Positions 52,766-64,000 of a stretch of DNA of 64,000 nt are shown here, piece by piece (the stretch's first letter is position 1; each line of letters opens with the position of its first letter). The position numbers and the translations under genes are program-made. The stretch comes from Dipteris shenzhenensis. Lineage: Eukaryota. Under the pieces are notes generated by a model that made no database searches, was not told the origin of the DNA, and saw only the letters and a program-made list of their open reading frames with translations. Where the stretch lies: NCBI GenBank assembly GCA_047967505.1, contig CM106538.1. One strand, 5' to 3'.

Positions 52766-52954
52766 GTGCCACGTGGCACTAGTGATGTGGCAGATGATGA
52801 TGTCAGCAAAGGTGATGTGGCACAGGTGACGTGTCAATGATGACGTGGCCAGATGATGTGGCATAGGTGACGTGGCATATGAGGTGTCAATGATGATGTG
52901 GATGGATAAGGTAACGTGGCACTTGTTGAGGTGGCAAATAGGGTGCCACGTGGC
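52766..52954. promoter_or_regulatory. Cluster of six ABRE/G-box-type motifs (ACGTG[G/T]C) in a retroelement leader
   Basis: ACGTGGC at 52771, 52843, 52870, 52914 and 52948; ACGTGTC at 52829. Palindrome GTGCCACGTGGCAC at 52766-52779. Function untested. Confidence 0.5.
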
Positions 52955-53289
52955 GCTTCTTTTATCACCCCTCTTGTGTGGTGACCTTGAGATAAGGTCT
53001 ATGCCACATGTCGATAGGAGAGCCACCAAAATCTTTTTGGAGATGCCGTCTCCGATTCCGTCTCAATTCTGTCGTTTGAAGGAGATGGCAGTCGTTGGTG
53101 AGGGAGTCGCTGCTCTTACGTGAGCACAGAAGGCTATGCTCTTAATAGAGGTCCTTGCACTGGCCCGTTGCTGTCGCGCGTCGTAGAGCAAAGGTTGTGG
53201 AAGGTCTGCTCTATGTGGAGCTGGAGCCACAGGTCGACTGTCATGAAGCTCAGGAGAGCAACTGAGGGCAAGAGATGGTTGCAAGGAGC

Positions 53290-56200
53290 TCGTTGCAGTT
53301 TCAGCAACCAGATGGTTCCTTTTTTCAACAGAGAGTCAAGGTTGCTGGGAGACAGGATCAGTGCAGGATTTGCAGGACCCTTGGACACTTCGCCAGGGAA
53401 GCTTCTTTCTGGCCATACTTTTTGGTCACCTACCTTGGGTACCAGGGGAGGTATTTTCATCTCTATCTCTTTTTCGATGCTCCCCTTGGTCATTGGACAC
53501 GGAGTCATAGTCTCCTCTAGAGCACAGTGGATTATTTTGATGATTGGTGGACGTAAGGTTGGCTTCCTTAACCTTTATGCATCCAACTTGAGAGGGGATC
53601 GTATCCTCCTTTGGAAGGAATTGCTCTCTTGGTCACATATTGCAGATTCTTGGATTATTGGGGGCGATTTCAACATGGTTGAAATGCCTTCATACAAAAG
53701 AGGAGGTAGGGAAGGTGGCATTCACTCCCTAGAGAGAGCAGCATGGGATGCCTTCCTTTTTCAATTCAGTGGTAGAGATATTTGGTATGACGATGCTTTT
53801 CACACTCAGCCACAGTCTCTTCTGTTTTCTTGGTCGAACAGGAGAGTAAGGATGCCTATCCATGCACGGATTGACAGATTTTATGTGGATGATTGGGCAT
53901 TGGATAGAGGTGGGACAGTATGCATCAGTGCATGGGTGTCCACTTCATATCATTTTCTGGTTGTTTTGGTGGTTTCAGAGCCTCGGGCGAGAGGCCGCTC
54001 TGCCAGTATCAGGATTCGAAATGCCTTCTACGCAGAGGAGGGCCTCACAGAGGCAGTGCTACAAATTTGGGATTCTCACCTGCAGGGTGGGCAGCCATCC
54101 CCGTCAGATGTGGCTGCAGCCCTCACTGATATTAGCAGCTTTTATCATTATGTTTCTAGTATTAGGAGAGATGAGATTCGCAGGAGAGAGATTGCCATTC
54201 GATAGCAACTGGTAGCTCTTTAGAGAGAGGAGCAGAAACGACCTACAGATGCTTGGATTCAGGAGTGCCTTGCTGCAGCAAGGGCTCATCAACAGACACT
54301 TTTAGATCAGAGAGTAGAGTATGTCTTTCACGCCAGAGAGTCTTTTTGGATGCAGAGAGGGGTTTCTACTCTTTACAGGTCAGCCCATAACCAAGTACTC
54401 ATTGGTGAGTCAGGGGAGACAGGTTTCAGATATCCAGATCAGTCCGACAGGGTTGCCCTCTAGCCCCCTTTCTATTCTTATTTGTGGCTGAAGCTATGAG
54501 CCTCTATATTAGAGCTCAAGCTGATATTTTTGGGCTGAGACTTCCGTTGAGACAAGAAGAGGAGTTGCTGGACAGTGAGTTGGCAGATGAAACACCTATT
54601 TTTTTGCATGCCACTCCACAGACACTCACCTCTTTCAGGACAGCCTTGGCTTTATTTTGCATTGCAGCAGGGGCTCACATTAACTGGAACAAATCCAATG
54701 GTTTCTGGATTAGTGATGAGGACACTTCAAATTGGAGTGCTGATATTATAGTTGGATTAAGAGGGGTGTCTCTGTCAGATATCTTGGATGCTAGGTTGGG
54801 GTGGGCATTTCTCCAGCACAACAGTTCGCTCCCATGTTGGAGAGCATCAGGAGGAAACTCCTATTTGGAGTTCGGCCAGACTTGACCTTGCATCCAGAGT
54901 GGTGGTTGTAAACTAGGTACTGTTGGCTACAGCTTGGTTTGTTTGCTCTTGTTGGTGCCAATCTACAAGCAGTATCACTCAGCTCAAGAGACCTATCAGG
55001 AATTTTTTGTGGAGTGGATTAGACGGCACTTCAGATGTGATAGCTAGGGTGGCTTGGGAGACTCTTATTCTACCCACTAAGGAAGGGGACCTCAATATTA
55101 TTGATCCAGACTTGCAGTGTAGAGCCTTGCTCTACAAGATGGTGGTCAGAGTTTTGATGCCTAGTTAGGAGCCTTGGAAGGATTTTTTCTTATGCAGTAT
55201 ACAGACATGCACACCTTCTCAGGGAGGAGATTGGTTGGAAAGCCCTAGATGGATCTTTACATCAGCCCGTCTCAGATTTCCTACTTCCCCTCTCATGGCT
55301 GCCATTCTGAAAGCTTGGGACAGCTTTAGAAGTACTCTTTGGAGGGTTCCACCCTCCTCTCATGAAGAAATTGACAGGCAGCCCGTCACGTGGAATGATT
55401 GCATACTAGATGAGCATGGCAGATCACTGGGCATGTCACATTATATGCAGTGGTCTAGATGGGAGTTGGGACCTGCATCCACGGTGGGTGCTTGGAAAGC
55501 TTTCAGGATGCTTCCAGAGGATTAGAGAGCTCGTTCAATTAGTCACCTCAGAGGAAGTATAGCCAGGATGCAGCAAATAGATGCAGCCATACCAGTGGAG
55601 TGGATGGAACAAACCATTTGCCTATTTCTGAGTCCACCTGGTTGGGGGCTTTTTTGAGGACAGGTATCCCTCTGCAAGTTATAGCCTTGCGGGAAGCACA
55701 TGAGGATACCCTTGTCTTTCAAGTTCATGCAGGAGGCAGACTCCAGAGATCTTTAGAGGACATTCTTTTGGAGGCTCCTTTTCAGCCTGTCAGGATTGCA
55801 GGATACATGGAGATGGGTAGAGACTCACAGTGGTATCTTGATCCAGACCCCGTTCTCTTGGCTATTAGATCTTGGAGGCTTTGGCTGTATGGAGGTTCCC
55901 CTATTAGATCCTTGCAGCGGGATCCAGGGGAATGGGAGTGGATAGTTGCAAGGCATTGAGAGAAGATCTTTTGTTACACAGTGAGAAATGCCAAGAGATT
56001 CCAGCTCAGTTGTAGGGGCTGGAGGCCCTGTAGAGCTCCTCATTGGGATACTTTTCAGATTTCTGCAGAGCTGCAGAAAAACTTTTGGAGGAGGCTTTGG
56101 AAATCCCTCGGGAATGGGAAAATCACGTTATTCATCTGGCTTACTATTCATGGAGGGATTGCAGTGAACCTGTGGAGATCTAGGTTCGGGGCTGACCCTA

Positions 56201-56882
56201 CATGTCCTCGATGCCACTCAGCAGTTGAGTCGGTGCAACACTGCCTTTGGGAGTGCACTCAGGCGAGGACGGTTTGGAAGGGTGTTGCTAGGATACTTCG
56301 CACTTTTCATAGAGCACCCTTCTTCATGACTTGGGGATCAGTTGCTTGGTTGTCACTCACTAGTCCACATGCTTTCTTTGAGGGACATGACACGGACATA
56401 GCTTTCTTTTTTCGATGACATCTTGTGGAGTCATGCTCCCTCCGGGATGTTCCGTTTACTCCGTTTAGAGCTCCCCACGCTTTTGTAGATACATCTCGGG
56501 AGATTCTGGCTAGTATCACAACATGGCATATTTGGAGAGCCAGATGTACAGAGGCTTTGGAGGACTCCCAGGTTCACCCTTCTCAAACTATGGCTTGTAT
56601 TTGGGTAGATACTATACACACTTTGATGGCCATTTGGGTGAACATACAGGGAACCTCCAAGACTGCTACTGCTAGGAGGGTTGCTTTTCTCAGAGTCTGG
56701 AAGGATTGTCCTTTCTTCTCTAACTCTCCTTTAGGGATGAGGTGGCATTTTCAGCCGCCACCCGGGATTTTTTTTGCTCATTCTGAGCTGTTTTTTCTCA
56801 TGCTTGACATGATGTACTCCCGCACTTGAGCTTGCTCTGCAGTTTTTATTCATACTTAATGAAGTACTTTTCTTGAAAAAAA
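53290..56882 (+). mobile_element. LINE family A, copy 4 (two large internal deletions)
   Basis: ORF1 knuckle CRICRTLGHF joined to EN GKLLSGHTFWSP at ~53400. IGGDFN and RIDRFY present. Jump to SVRQGCPL at ~54360-54440. zf-RVT CPRC...QHCLWEC. A-tail 56876-56882. 5' boundary approximate. Confidence 0.92.
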
Positions 56883-57205
56883 CTGAAATCTCTCTTTAAT
56901 AAACTGAAATGTATGTTTCTCTCTCACATAAGATTATGAAGGAATCACTCTCTTTCTCTCAAGCAAGAAGAAGAGGATTAAGCCTCTCTCTCTCAATGAC
57001 GGAATGAGTAGAATTCAATTGAAATTCTCTCAAATAACTCTCACAATCTCTCAATGAAGAACAGAAACAAATGATGGAAAATTTCTATCAATGAACGGAA
57101 TTTCTCTCTCACGGAAGAGAAAACTCGGTCTCTCAATCTCTCAAACTATCACACTCTCTCATACTCTTGCATACAGATCGCAGTGCCTCAGCGGAAGGCA
57201 AGGGA

Positions 57206-57474
57206 GCTATGATACCATGACAAAATATGAAGAGGGGAGAGGAGAAGAGTGGAGATGAGGAGAGAGGGCACAACTAGAGAGCACACCACAAATGACTAAT
57301 TGTACACTAGATTTAGTTGAAAATGTAGAATATATACAAACCCACTTAGGGTTAGGGTTAGGGCATCTAAACCTTTCCTTTATAGCACTCTATTGGGTTA
57401 GTACTATACACATATGATAACATGATGGTGCTATGCATAGATGATCACATGATGTTGAGCGTGAACTCTCAACA
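57206..57474 (-). mobile_element. tRNA-Met PBS + 5' LTR (57218-57474), probably of Copia C3
   Basis: gctatgatacca (minus strand TGGTATCATAGC) abuts TGACAAAA...CTCTCAACA. Confidence 0.7.
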
Positions 57475-57560
57475 CGTGGTTGGTGAGGAGGCACGGGAAT
57501 GGAGGGCTGTAGGAGGGATAAGCTTTGGGGAACCGAGTGAGGTAAGAGTGCCTACTGCCC

Positions 57561-58375
57561 ATGTATAGTCCCGTCATTGAAAAACAGCGAAGAAAGGAGG
57601 TACTGGCGAGGTATTTCTTTGTACGTTTATATTCAGCACCTGGCCATTTCTTTATCTTAAGGAGTATTCATCCTGCATTGAATTCCCTCTTCACCGCGAC
57701 TCCTTTTGACTTCGCCTCTCTATTTCACTCCACCTTCCGTGCCATTGTGCAAAAACATCGCGAAAAGACACATACATGCACATGTGGACCACATCTTACT
57801 CGCCTTCTACATCAGTGACATGTTGCCCTCCTCCTATAGTAGCTGCACGGCTTTCATGTGCCCACCCAGCCCCGTCTATATCTTGGGTGGCATCTTCTTC
57901 CTCCCCTTCTTCCGCCTCCCCTACCAGTACCATCATTTTCTCTCCCGCATCTCACCCTCTCTCTCTTCGTGCTCCAGCCACCACTCCACCACCTCTCCTA
58001 CATGTCTCCTCTCCGGTGGATCCCAGTACTTCATGCATTGTACGAGCCCAGTTGGGGGTCAAATCAGCACAGAGGTCCCAGATGCTTCCTCCACGGCTTT
58101 GGCATCTTCTTCGGGTGTCCCCTCCCTTCATTTCACAGGGGTATCCTCAGTGGGTCAGCATTGTTACAGAACCCATTATGGCCACTGTTTGGGAAGGAGA
58201 TGTTACTATGGAGCCACTTGATCTGCCACTCCATGATCATCCAGTTGGTACTGCTTCACTTCGTGTTTCCCAGGTCATTACATCATGCATACCGCAGATC
58301 TGTGCTACATATCAGGAGCCATTCGATCTCAATCTCACCTTAGGCATGAGCAGTGATGGGACTATACATGGGTAG
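57561..58375 (+). pseudogene. Fragment of a Gypsy accessory ORF (homolog of 61825-64000)
   Basis: LARYFFVRLYSAPGHFFI...TPFDFASLF...TCGPHL..LLHQ*, then a frameshifted S/P-rich tract ending FDLNLTLG. Confidence 0.75.
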
Positions 58376-58391
58376 CAGTAGGCACTCTTAC

Positions 58392-60460
58392 TTTTTCTTT
58401 TTTTTTGGGGAAAAAAAGACTTCTATTAAGTAAGAAAGAAACTCGCTAGAGCAAGCTCTGAGCGAAAATACAACATCATGAAATCATGAGGATAAATAAA
58501 ACTCCCTCAATGTGAGGTGGAAAACAACCAAGGCTGAGGCTGAAAGTGCCACCTCAACCCTGTAGGAGTCTCAGAGAAGAAAGGAGAGTCCTTCCATTCC
58601 CTGAAGAAAGAAGCCCTCCTAGCTGAGGCTGCACGGGAGTCTCCATGTATACTCGTCCATATGGCCATCAAAGTATGTACGGTGTCTGTCCAAATACTAG
58701 CCAAAGTGTGCGAGGGATGAACCTGAGTACCCTCCATAGCCTCTGTACATTTGGCCCTCCAGATATGCCAGGATGCTATGCTCGCTAAGATCTCCCAAGA
58801 AGTATCCACCGAGGCATGTACATCTGTAAAAGGAAGGTGTGGTACCACATCCAACGAACAGGACTCGATTTGATGACGTCGAACCAAAATGGCCCGAGAG
58901 GGGTCAAGTCTCTCATAGAATACGTGAGGCCCTATAAGAGAAAGCCAAGCCACTGAGCCCCATGTCATAAAGAGTGGGGAGTGGGCAAAGTGACTGAAAA
59001 TCCTAGCTCCCCCATCCAAATCATCCTCGCTTGTCGAGTGATCTTTCTATTCCTGTGGGATTTCCAGAGTCTCCTCCAGAAGCACCTCTGCAGATTTGCA
59101 GTGATATCAAATGTCTCCCAGTGAGGAACTCTGGAAGGTCTCCAACCTCTACCACTGAGCTGAAATCTCATGGCATTACTGACCTAGTAACGTAAGAAGG
59201 GGATGCTCTTCTCTCAATGCCCTACGTCAATCCACTCCCACTCTCCAGGGTCCCATTGCAAATACCTAATGGGAACTCCCCCGTAAAGCCAAAGCCTCCA
59301 AGACCCGGTGGAGAGAAGCCGAGGGTCATGGTCGAGGAACCACTTTGAATCTGATCCCTGCACCAAAAGACCTACAACCCTGATAGGCTGAAAGGCAGAC
59401 TCAAGAAAGATGTCCTCTGTGGATCTGAGCAATCTACCACCATCCTGCACAGTAAAAACTAAAGCATCCTCCTGTGCATCTCAAAAGGCCAAAACCTGAA
59501 GCGTGACACCACCTCTCGTAAAAGTACCTGCCCAAGTGGAGCAAGTGAGTGGCATATCATCTGTGTCTACCCACTCCTCTAGAAGGGCTGCCTCAATCTG
59601 CAAGATCCTCCCTGCACTCCCTCTGAGATATCATGTCAACTGAGACTTGGTCTCCTCTGGAAGCCTCCAGAAAGCTCTCCAAGTCCCCAAAGATGCAGGT
59701 CCCCTCTCCCACCTGGACCACTGCATGTAGAGTGAGGCACCAAGTGGTCTACCATGATCATCTAAAATACTATCATTCCACATGATGGGTTGCCTACCAA
59801 TCTCTTCACGAGAGGAAGGAGGAATCCTCCGAAGAGTGCTCCTAAAACTGGCCCATGCTTCCAGAATAGCAACCGTGAGAGGGGACGAAGGTGATCTGAG
59901 GTGTGCTGTGGTGAAGATCCACCTAATACTGCTCATCCAGTCTCCTCCTGAAGAAGGTGTGCACCTCTGTATGTTGCTAATAAGAAAGGCCTTCCACGGT
60001 TCCTGCCCTGACATAAGTCCCCGCACCACCATCTTGCAAAGTAAAGCTCTGCACTGCAAATCTGGATCAATAATATTGAGACCCCCTTCCTGTGTAGGGA
60101 GGATGAGGGTCTCCCAAGCCACCCTGGCTAAGGTATCTGCTGTGCCATCAAGCCCACTCCAAAGAAAATTTCTAATCGGTCTCCTGAGCTGAGTGATGCA
60201 GTCCCTAGAATAGCACCAGCAAGAACAAACAAACCAGGCCGTGGCCAAGAGGACCTTGTTGACCACCACAACTCTAGAGGCAAGATCCAGCTTGGCTAAG
60301 CTCCAAAAAAGGAGCTTCCTCCTGATGCTCATTAACACGGGAGCAAATTGCTGCATGGAAGAAATATCCAAGCCGACCTGGCAGCCCAAATATCTGACAG
60401 GCACACCCCTCTGAACCCAAGTAAATCCAATGTCAAGCCCCCAAATTGGAGTGTCCTCAT
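58392..60460 (-). mobile_element. LINE family A, copy 5 (5'-truncated 3' part)
   Basis: T-run at 58392-58406. 3' UTR nearly identical to 41205-41260. PVRYLGCQVG...RRPIRNFLWSG...ILASIASWHIWRAKC. Confidence 0.92.
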
Positions 60461-60494
60461 TGTTTGAGGGGAGGGGTTCCTATCCTTCTGGAGG

Positions 60495-61475
60495 TGTTAC
60501 CAGAGGCCAAAGGCCACTGGCATGAGAAGCATGAGTGCTGCAATGCTCTAATGCAATGGATCACACAGAGTGCACCGTGCAGTGGTGTGCGAGTGTCGTA
60601 TGCTATACTGCAGTGAACGACGACGTGCGAGTGCACTATGCTAAATGACAATCACCTGCGAACTCCACAACATAAGTAGATTAAGAAAATCTCGTCCTAC
60701 ACTGGTGAACAATCCCCATATCGGGAAGAGACAAGAGAAATGAGAAAGTGACCAAGTTGGCCAAAGTACATATCACTGGACTAGTGTCTCCAAGTCACAA
60801 GAATACACAGGTCTATCCCCATAGTAGACAGAGGGTACACACAAGTCTCTCCACACTCTCTCCTTGGCGAGCTCGTAGCTCTAGCCTCTATCTCTCCTCA
60901 CACTCTCTTTTCTTCCGCTCTAGTGCCGAATGCCGAATGCCTTTCCCTCTCTCCACCTTCTCCTTCATCCTCATCCCCTGCCTTGGAGGGTCCCTTCTTC
61001 GCTGAGAATCCCCCCCTTTCTTCCCATCAGTCATCCTCTTATCTCCTTAGCTATTAAGGATAGCCGTTGCGCCGCTGGCTCTCTTGATGGCTACGGCGAC
61101 TTCCTGACTCCTTGACTCACCAGCCACTTCTAGTTAGGATGGTGTAAATTCTCCATGTGCAGGTGAGCTAGATCACCGCGCCACTGCACCACTGTATCAC
61201 TGAACCACTGTGTAAATGTAAATACTCCTGACTGCTCCATGTGCTAAGCTCACTCTCCATGTACACAGCTCTTGATGAGATCACTTTGGACATGATACTC
61301 TTGGTTGACCTGTGGTTGACATGTGTCGATACATGGTTGCCTCAGATAGTACTCCTGGATGAACACGTGTGATCGCATGGCTAACTTGTGTTGACACATG
61401 GTCAACATGTGGTCAATAGATGTCGTCATGTAGTCAACGCCTGTTGACAGGTGGTCGTCGTGTGATAAGGTAACA
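60495..61475 (-). mobile_element. 3' LTR of Gypsy element G2 (~981 bp)
   Basis: Terminal inverted repeat TGTTACC...GGTAACA. Preceded on the minus strand by PPT-like AGTGGCGGGGAAAAC (61476-61490). Shares blocks with the G1 LTR. Confidence 0.8.
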
Positions 61476-61824
61476 GTTTTCCCCGCCACTATCATTCACC
61501 GTCCCGATGAATAGAAATGGAGGACGAATCTGTCGAAGAAAAAAAAAAAAAAAGAACTTACAAACCATTGATATGGTGATGGAGTAGGAAAAGGAAATGG
61601 TACAGACCATGTGGTTGGCCGTGGGAGTAATCCAAGATTTGTATTAAGTTGAAACATGAAAAATAAACTGCTGCGTGATAAGGGACAGCATGGAAAATTG
61701 CAAAAAAAGTGAGTACATCTTGAGGTAAAACACTGATATTTACAGTGAGGGCCAAGCAGCTTGGCAAAAATCTAACAGTGCAAAAAAAAACCCAAACGCC
61801 CATGTATCAAACCCTTGTATGAGA

Positions 61825-64000
61825 TTACTGAGGGTGGTAATCGGCAGCCTGTTCCTCTGCCTTCTCCTCTTCCACCTTTGTATTTGGCTCTGTGGCCTTT
61901 TGCTCATCCCTTTGCTCTGGCTCAGTCATATGTATCTGTGGATGGGGTGCTTCCTCCTCACACTCAAGCGTGTCCATCACATTTCTCAGATTTTCATACT
62001 TGGCTTTATATCGGTGGTATCGCCGGTAGTAATGATCCTTTTGCCCTTGCAAGATGGACTGGGAAGTCTAGAGGGTGGCCAACTGCGTCCGAAGATCTGT
62101 GAATTCTTCCTACATGGATGAACGCTTCTTTTCCAATTCAGCCACTGTGGATTCTGATTTTTCCTTGGCAATCTCAGAGGAAGACGACGACTCTTTTAAC
62201 TGTGTAATCTCTTGGTGAAATCTGGTCACCTCTGTGACATGCTGGCTTTGCAAAGTTGCCAGAGCTGCTGCATGTTGGCTGCATAGTGTTGTCATTTATG
62301 CTTCCCATTCCTGCTTGTGATTATGGAGGCGATCCTCAAGGGCAGCCTGCTGAATGTTCCAAGCGATGTCACGCTCATGTATTGCTGAGTCCTCCTCTTT
62401 CTGCCACCTTTCCTCCTGTTGTCGAAGTGTCACTTCAGTGGCGCGCTGCCGGGCTGCCTGTGCTCTCTCGAATTCTACCTTCAAATGTTGCTGTTGAGAG
62501 AGGAGCTTATGAGCATAACCTGTGGAATTGAAGACCGTTGTCCCAAGCTGCGTGAAGGTGCCATCCATGATACGCTGAGCAAGATGCAAGGACCTTTTCA
62601 TCCACGCATACCTATCGCTGTAATTCATCGTGTCTGCCAAATTAATCACGTCCTCCAATTCCTCAAACATGTCAGGGAGAGCTCCCTCTTCCTCGGTTTC
62701 CTGTAGGTGCCAATTTGTCTAAGTGCACAAAACATGTTGGGGCCCTGGAGATCTTTCTGCTCTGTGCGAGGCATTCCTGGAAGGGAATGGTGAAGATTTG
62801 ATTGAGATCCTCCTCTTCCCCACATACTGGTGAGCGTTTCTTGTGAAGGACAGATAGTAGTTGGCTGTAATCTTCATTATGTTTTTCCACCAGGGAAATA
62901 TTTGAAAGAGGTGGGCCTGATGAAGCAGCTATGTAAGGTGTGAACATATCATTCTCATGAAGGGGTGGGCAATCCACAGATTGGGGCAAAATCCCTCCCT
63001 CAAATACCTCCTCTGATGCTGAAGTGGCCGATGGAGGATCTCCTTGGGAGGGGCTCCCACTCCAGTCTTTGCTCCTGTCTCTGTCCTGTGGTGGTCATGG
63101 TGGGGAGGCCGAAATGTGAAGTACTCCCTGGGATGACATCTTCTAAGAAAGCCCGTGGGAGTCAGGGCCTAGGCTAAGATTCAGGTCCAACACTTGGTCC
63201 AACACATGGTCAGAGGTCGCCTGAACTGTGGTGATGACTGCATTGGTGAAAGTGGTAGGAAGGGAAGATGAAACAGCTGCAGTCCTTCGTAACAATACAC
63301 CTTTCGAGGAAGTCCCTGGTACAACAATCGTATCTGGTACAACAGTCGTCGTCACTGGTACAACAGGGGGTGTATTTGGTGCAATCCCTCCCACTGAAAG
63401 TCTGGAGATCCCTGGAGAAGCTTGGACAAGTGTGACTAATGGAGATGCAAGTCTTGGCACGGGCACTAGTAAAGTGACTGATGGAGATACAAGACATGTC
63501 ACTGATGGGAAACCTCTAGCACAGGTAACAGAATATACTGAAGAAGCTCTGGCGCAGACTTCATCAGGTGGTGCTCGCCGAGGTGTCCTCCTGGTCGAAA
63601 GAGGAGAGGAGGTAGTTCCGGGGAAAGGGACACTGGAAGTGATAGTCAAAGAGATGAAAGAGGGGGTGACAGGAGGGGAGAGAGATGATGAAGGGAGGCG
63701 ACCTGTGACAATGGAAGGAGGGTTAGCCTTCCACTGGTGAAGTAAGAAGATGAGGTGGGACCCACAAGTATAGGTATATGTACCCCGACGCTTGCGGACT
63801 GTGTTACGCAAGGCAGAGTAGAAGAGTGAGGCGAAATTGTAGGGAGTGACCGAGAGAATGGAGTCTAAGGCAGAATGGATCACCTTGGTGATGAAGAAGT
63901 GGCCTGGGGCAGAGTAGAAGTGCGTGAACAAATACCTCGCTAAAAGCGCTTCTCGGCTGTTTCCCTCGAGAACCTTCTTGCACTCATGTCCTCTGCGATG
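61825..64000 (-). pseudogene. G2 accessory ORF upstream of the PPT (env-like position): conserved N-terminal block, S/T/P-rich linker, EAR-like motif, coiled coil; disrupted; runs off window
   Basis: Concatenation of ORFs 63143-63931, 62672-62989, 62296-62670, 62110-62295 and 61825-62052. Same orientation as the PPT/LTR. LDLNLSLG at 63167-63190. Confidence 0.7.

Larger units (their letters stand above)
39466..57474 (-). mobile_element. Ty1/Copia element C3 (3' end missing) hosting nested insertions
   Basis: gag from ~52060 (NYGTWKYRM, knuckle CNYRHKFGHYERDC). Protease WYIDSGASSHM (47685). WHKRYGH...CEAC. Integrase IHTDV/FIDD/RSDRGGEY. RT YKAKLVAK, QLDVKN, SLYGLKQ, YVDD, ending at TRPYICYA ~39500. 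Linking the LTR/PBS at 57206-57474 to this element is inferred. Confidence 0.85.
2966..64000 (+). other. Probable very large TE-filled intron of the BOR gene (alternatively the gene is truncated here)
   Basis: GT donor at 2966. No downstream BOR exon recognised in the window. The interval is almost entirely transposon-derived. Confidence 0.6.

Overview
Eukaryotic land-plant genomic DNA with GT-AG introns, plant-type LINE, Copia and Gypsy elements and tRNA-Met primer binding sites. A large-genome seed-free plant such as a fern is a plausible source, but this is inference only. The only host gene is a BOR/SLC4-family borate exporter, with four clean internal coding exons at 1984-2965 (+). Its first exon is not identified, and its next exon (expected ...ADYGVPLMV...) is not found in the remaining ~61 kb. 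That remainder is a nested stack of mostly degenerate transposable elements: five copies of one L1-type LINE family (A), a full-length L1-type LINE flanked by (CA)n on both sides, three RTE/RTEX-type insertions with (TTTC)n tails, two Copia elements, a Copia-derived LTR family seen as gag-only, non-coding and remnant forms, two related Gypsy elements and a MULE-like non-autonomous element. Several junctions are fixed by exact TSDs. Best leads: (1) a Gypsy accessory ORF that keeps an EAR-type motif (DLNLS/TLG) in two diverged copies; (2) RTE/RTEX insertions at the same GA-rich site in two LTRs of one family; (3) a possibly (CA)n-targeting LINE; (4) a Gypsy gag patch replacing part of a Copia. 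All alignments were done by eye. Boundaries without a TSD or a TG..CA terminus are approximate.
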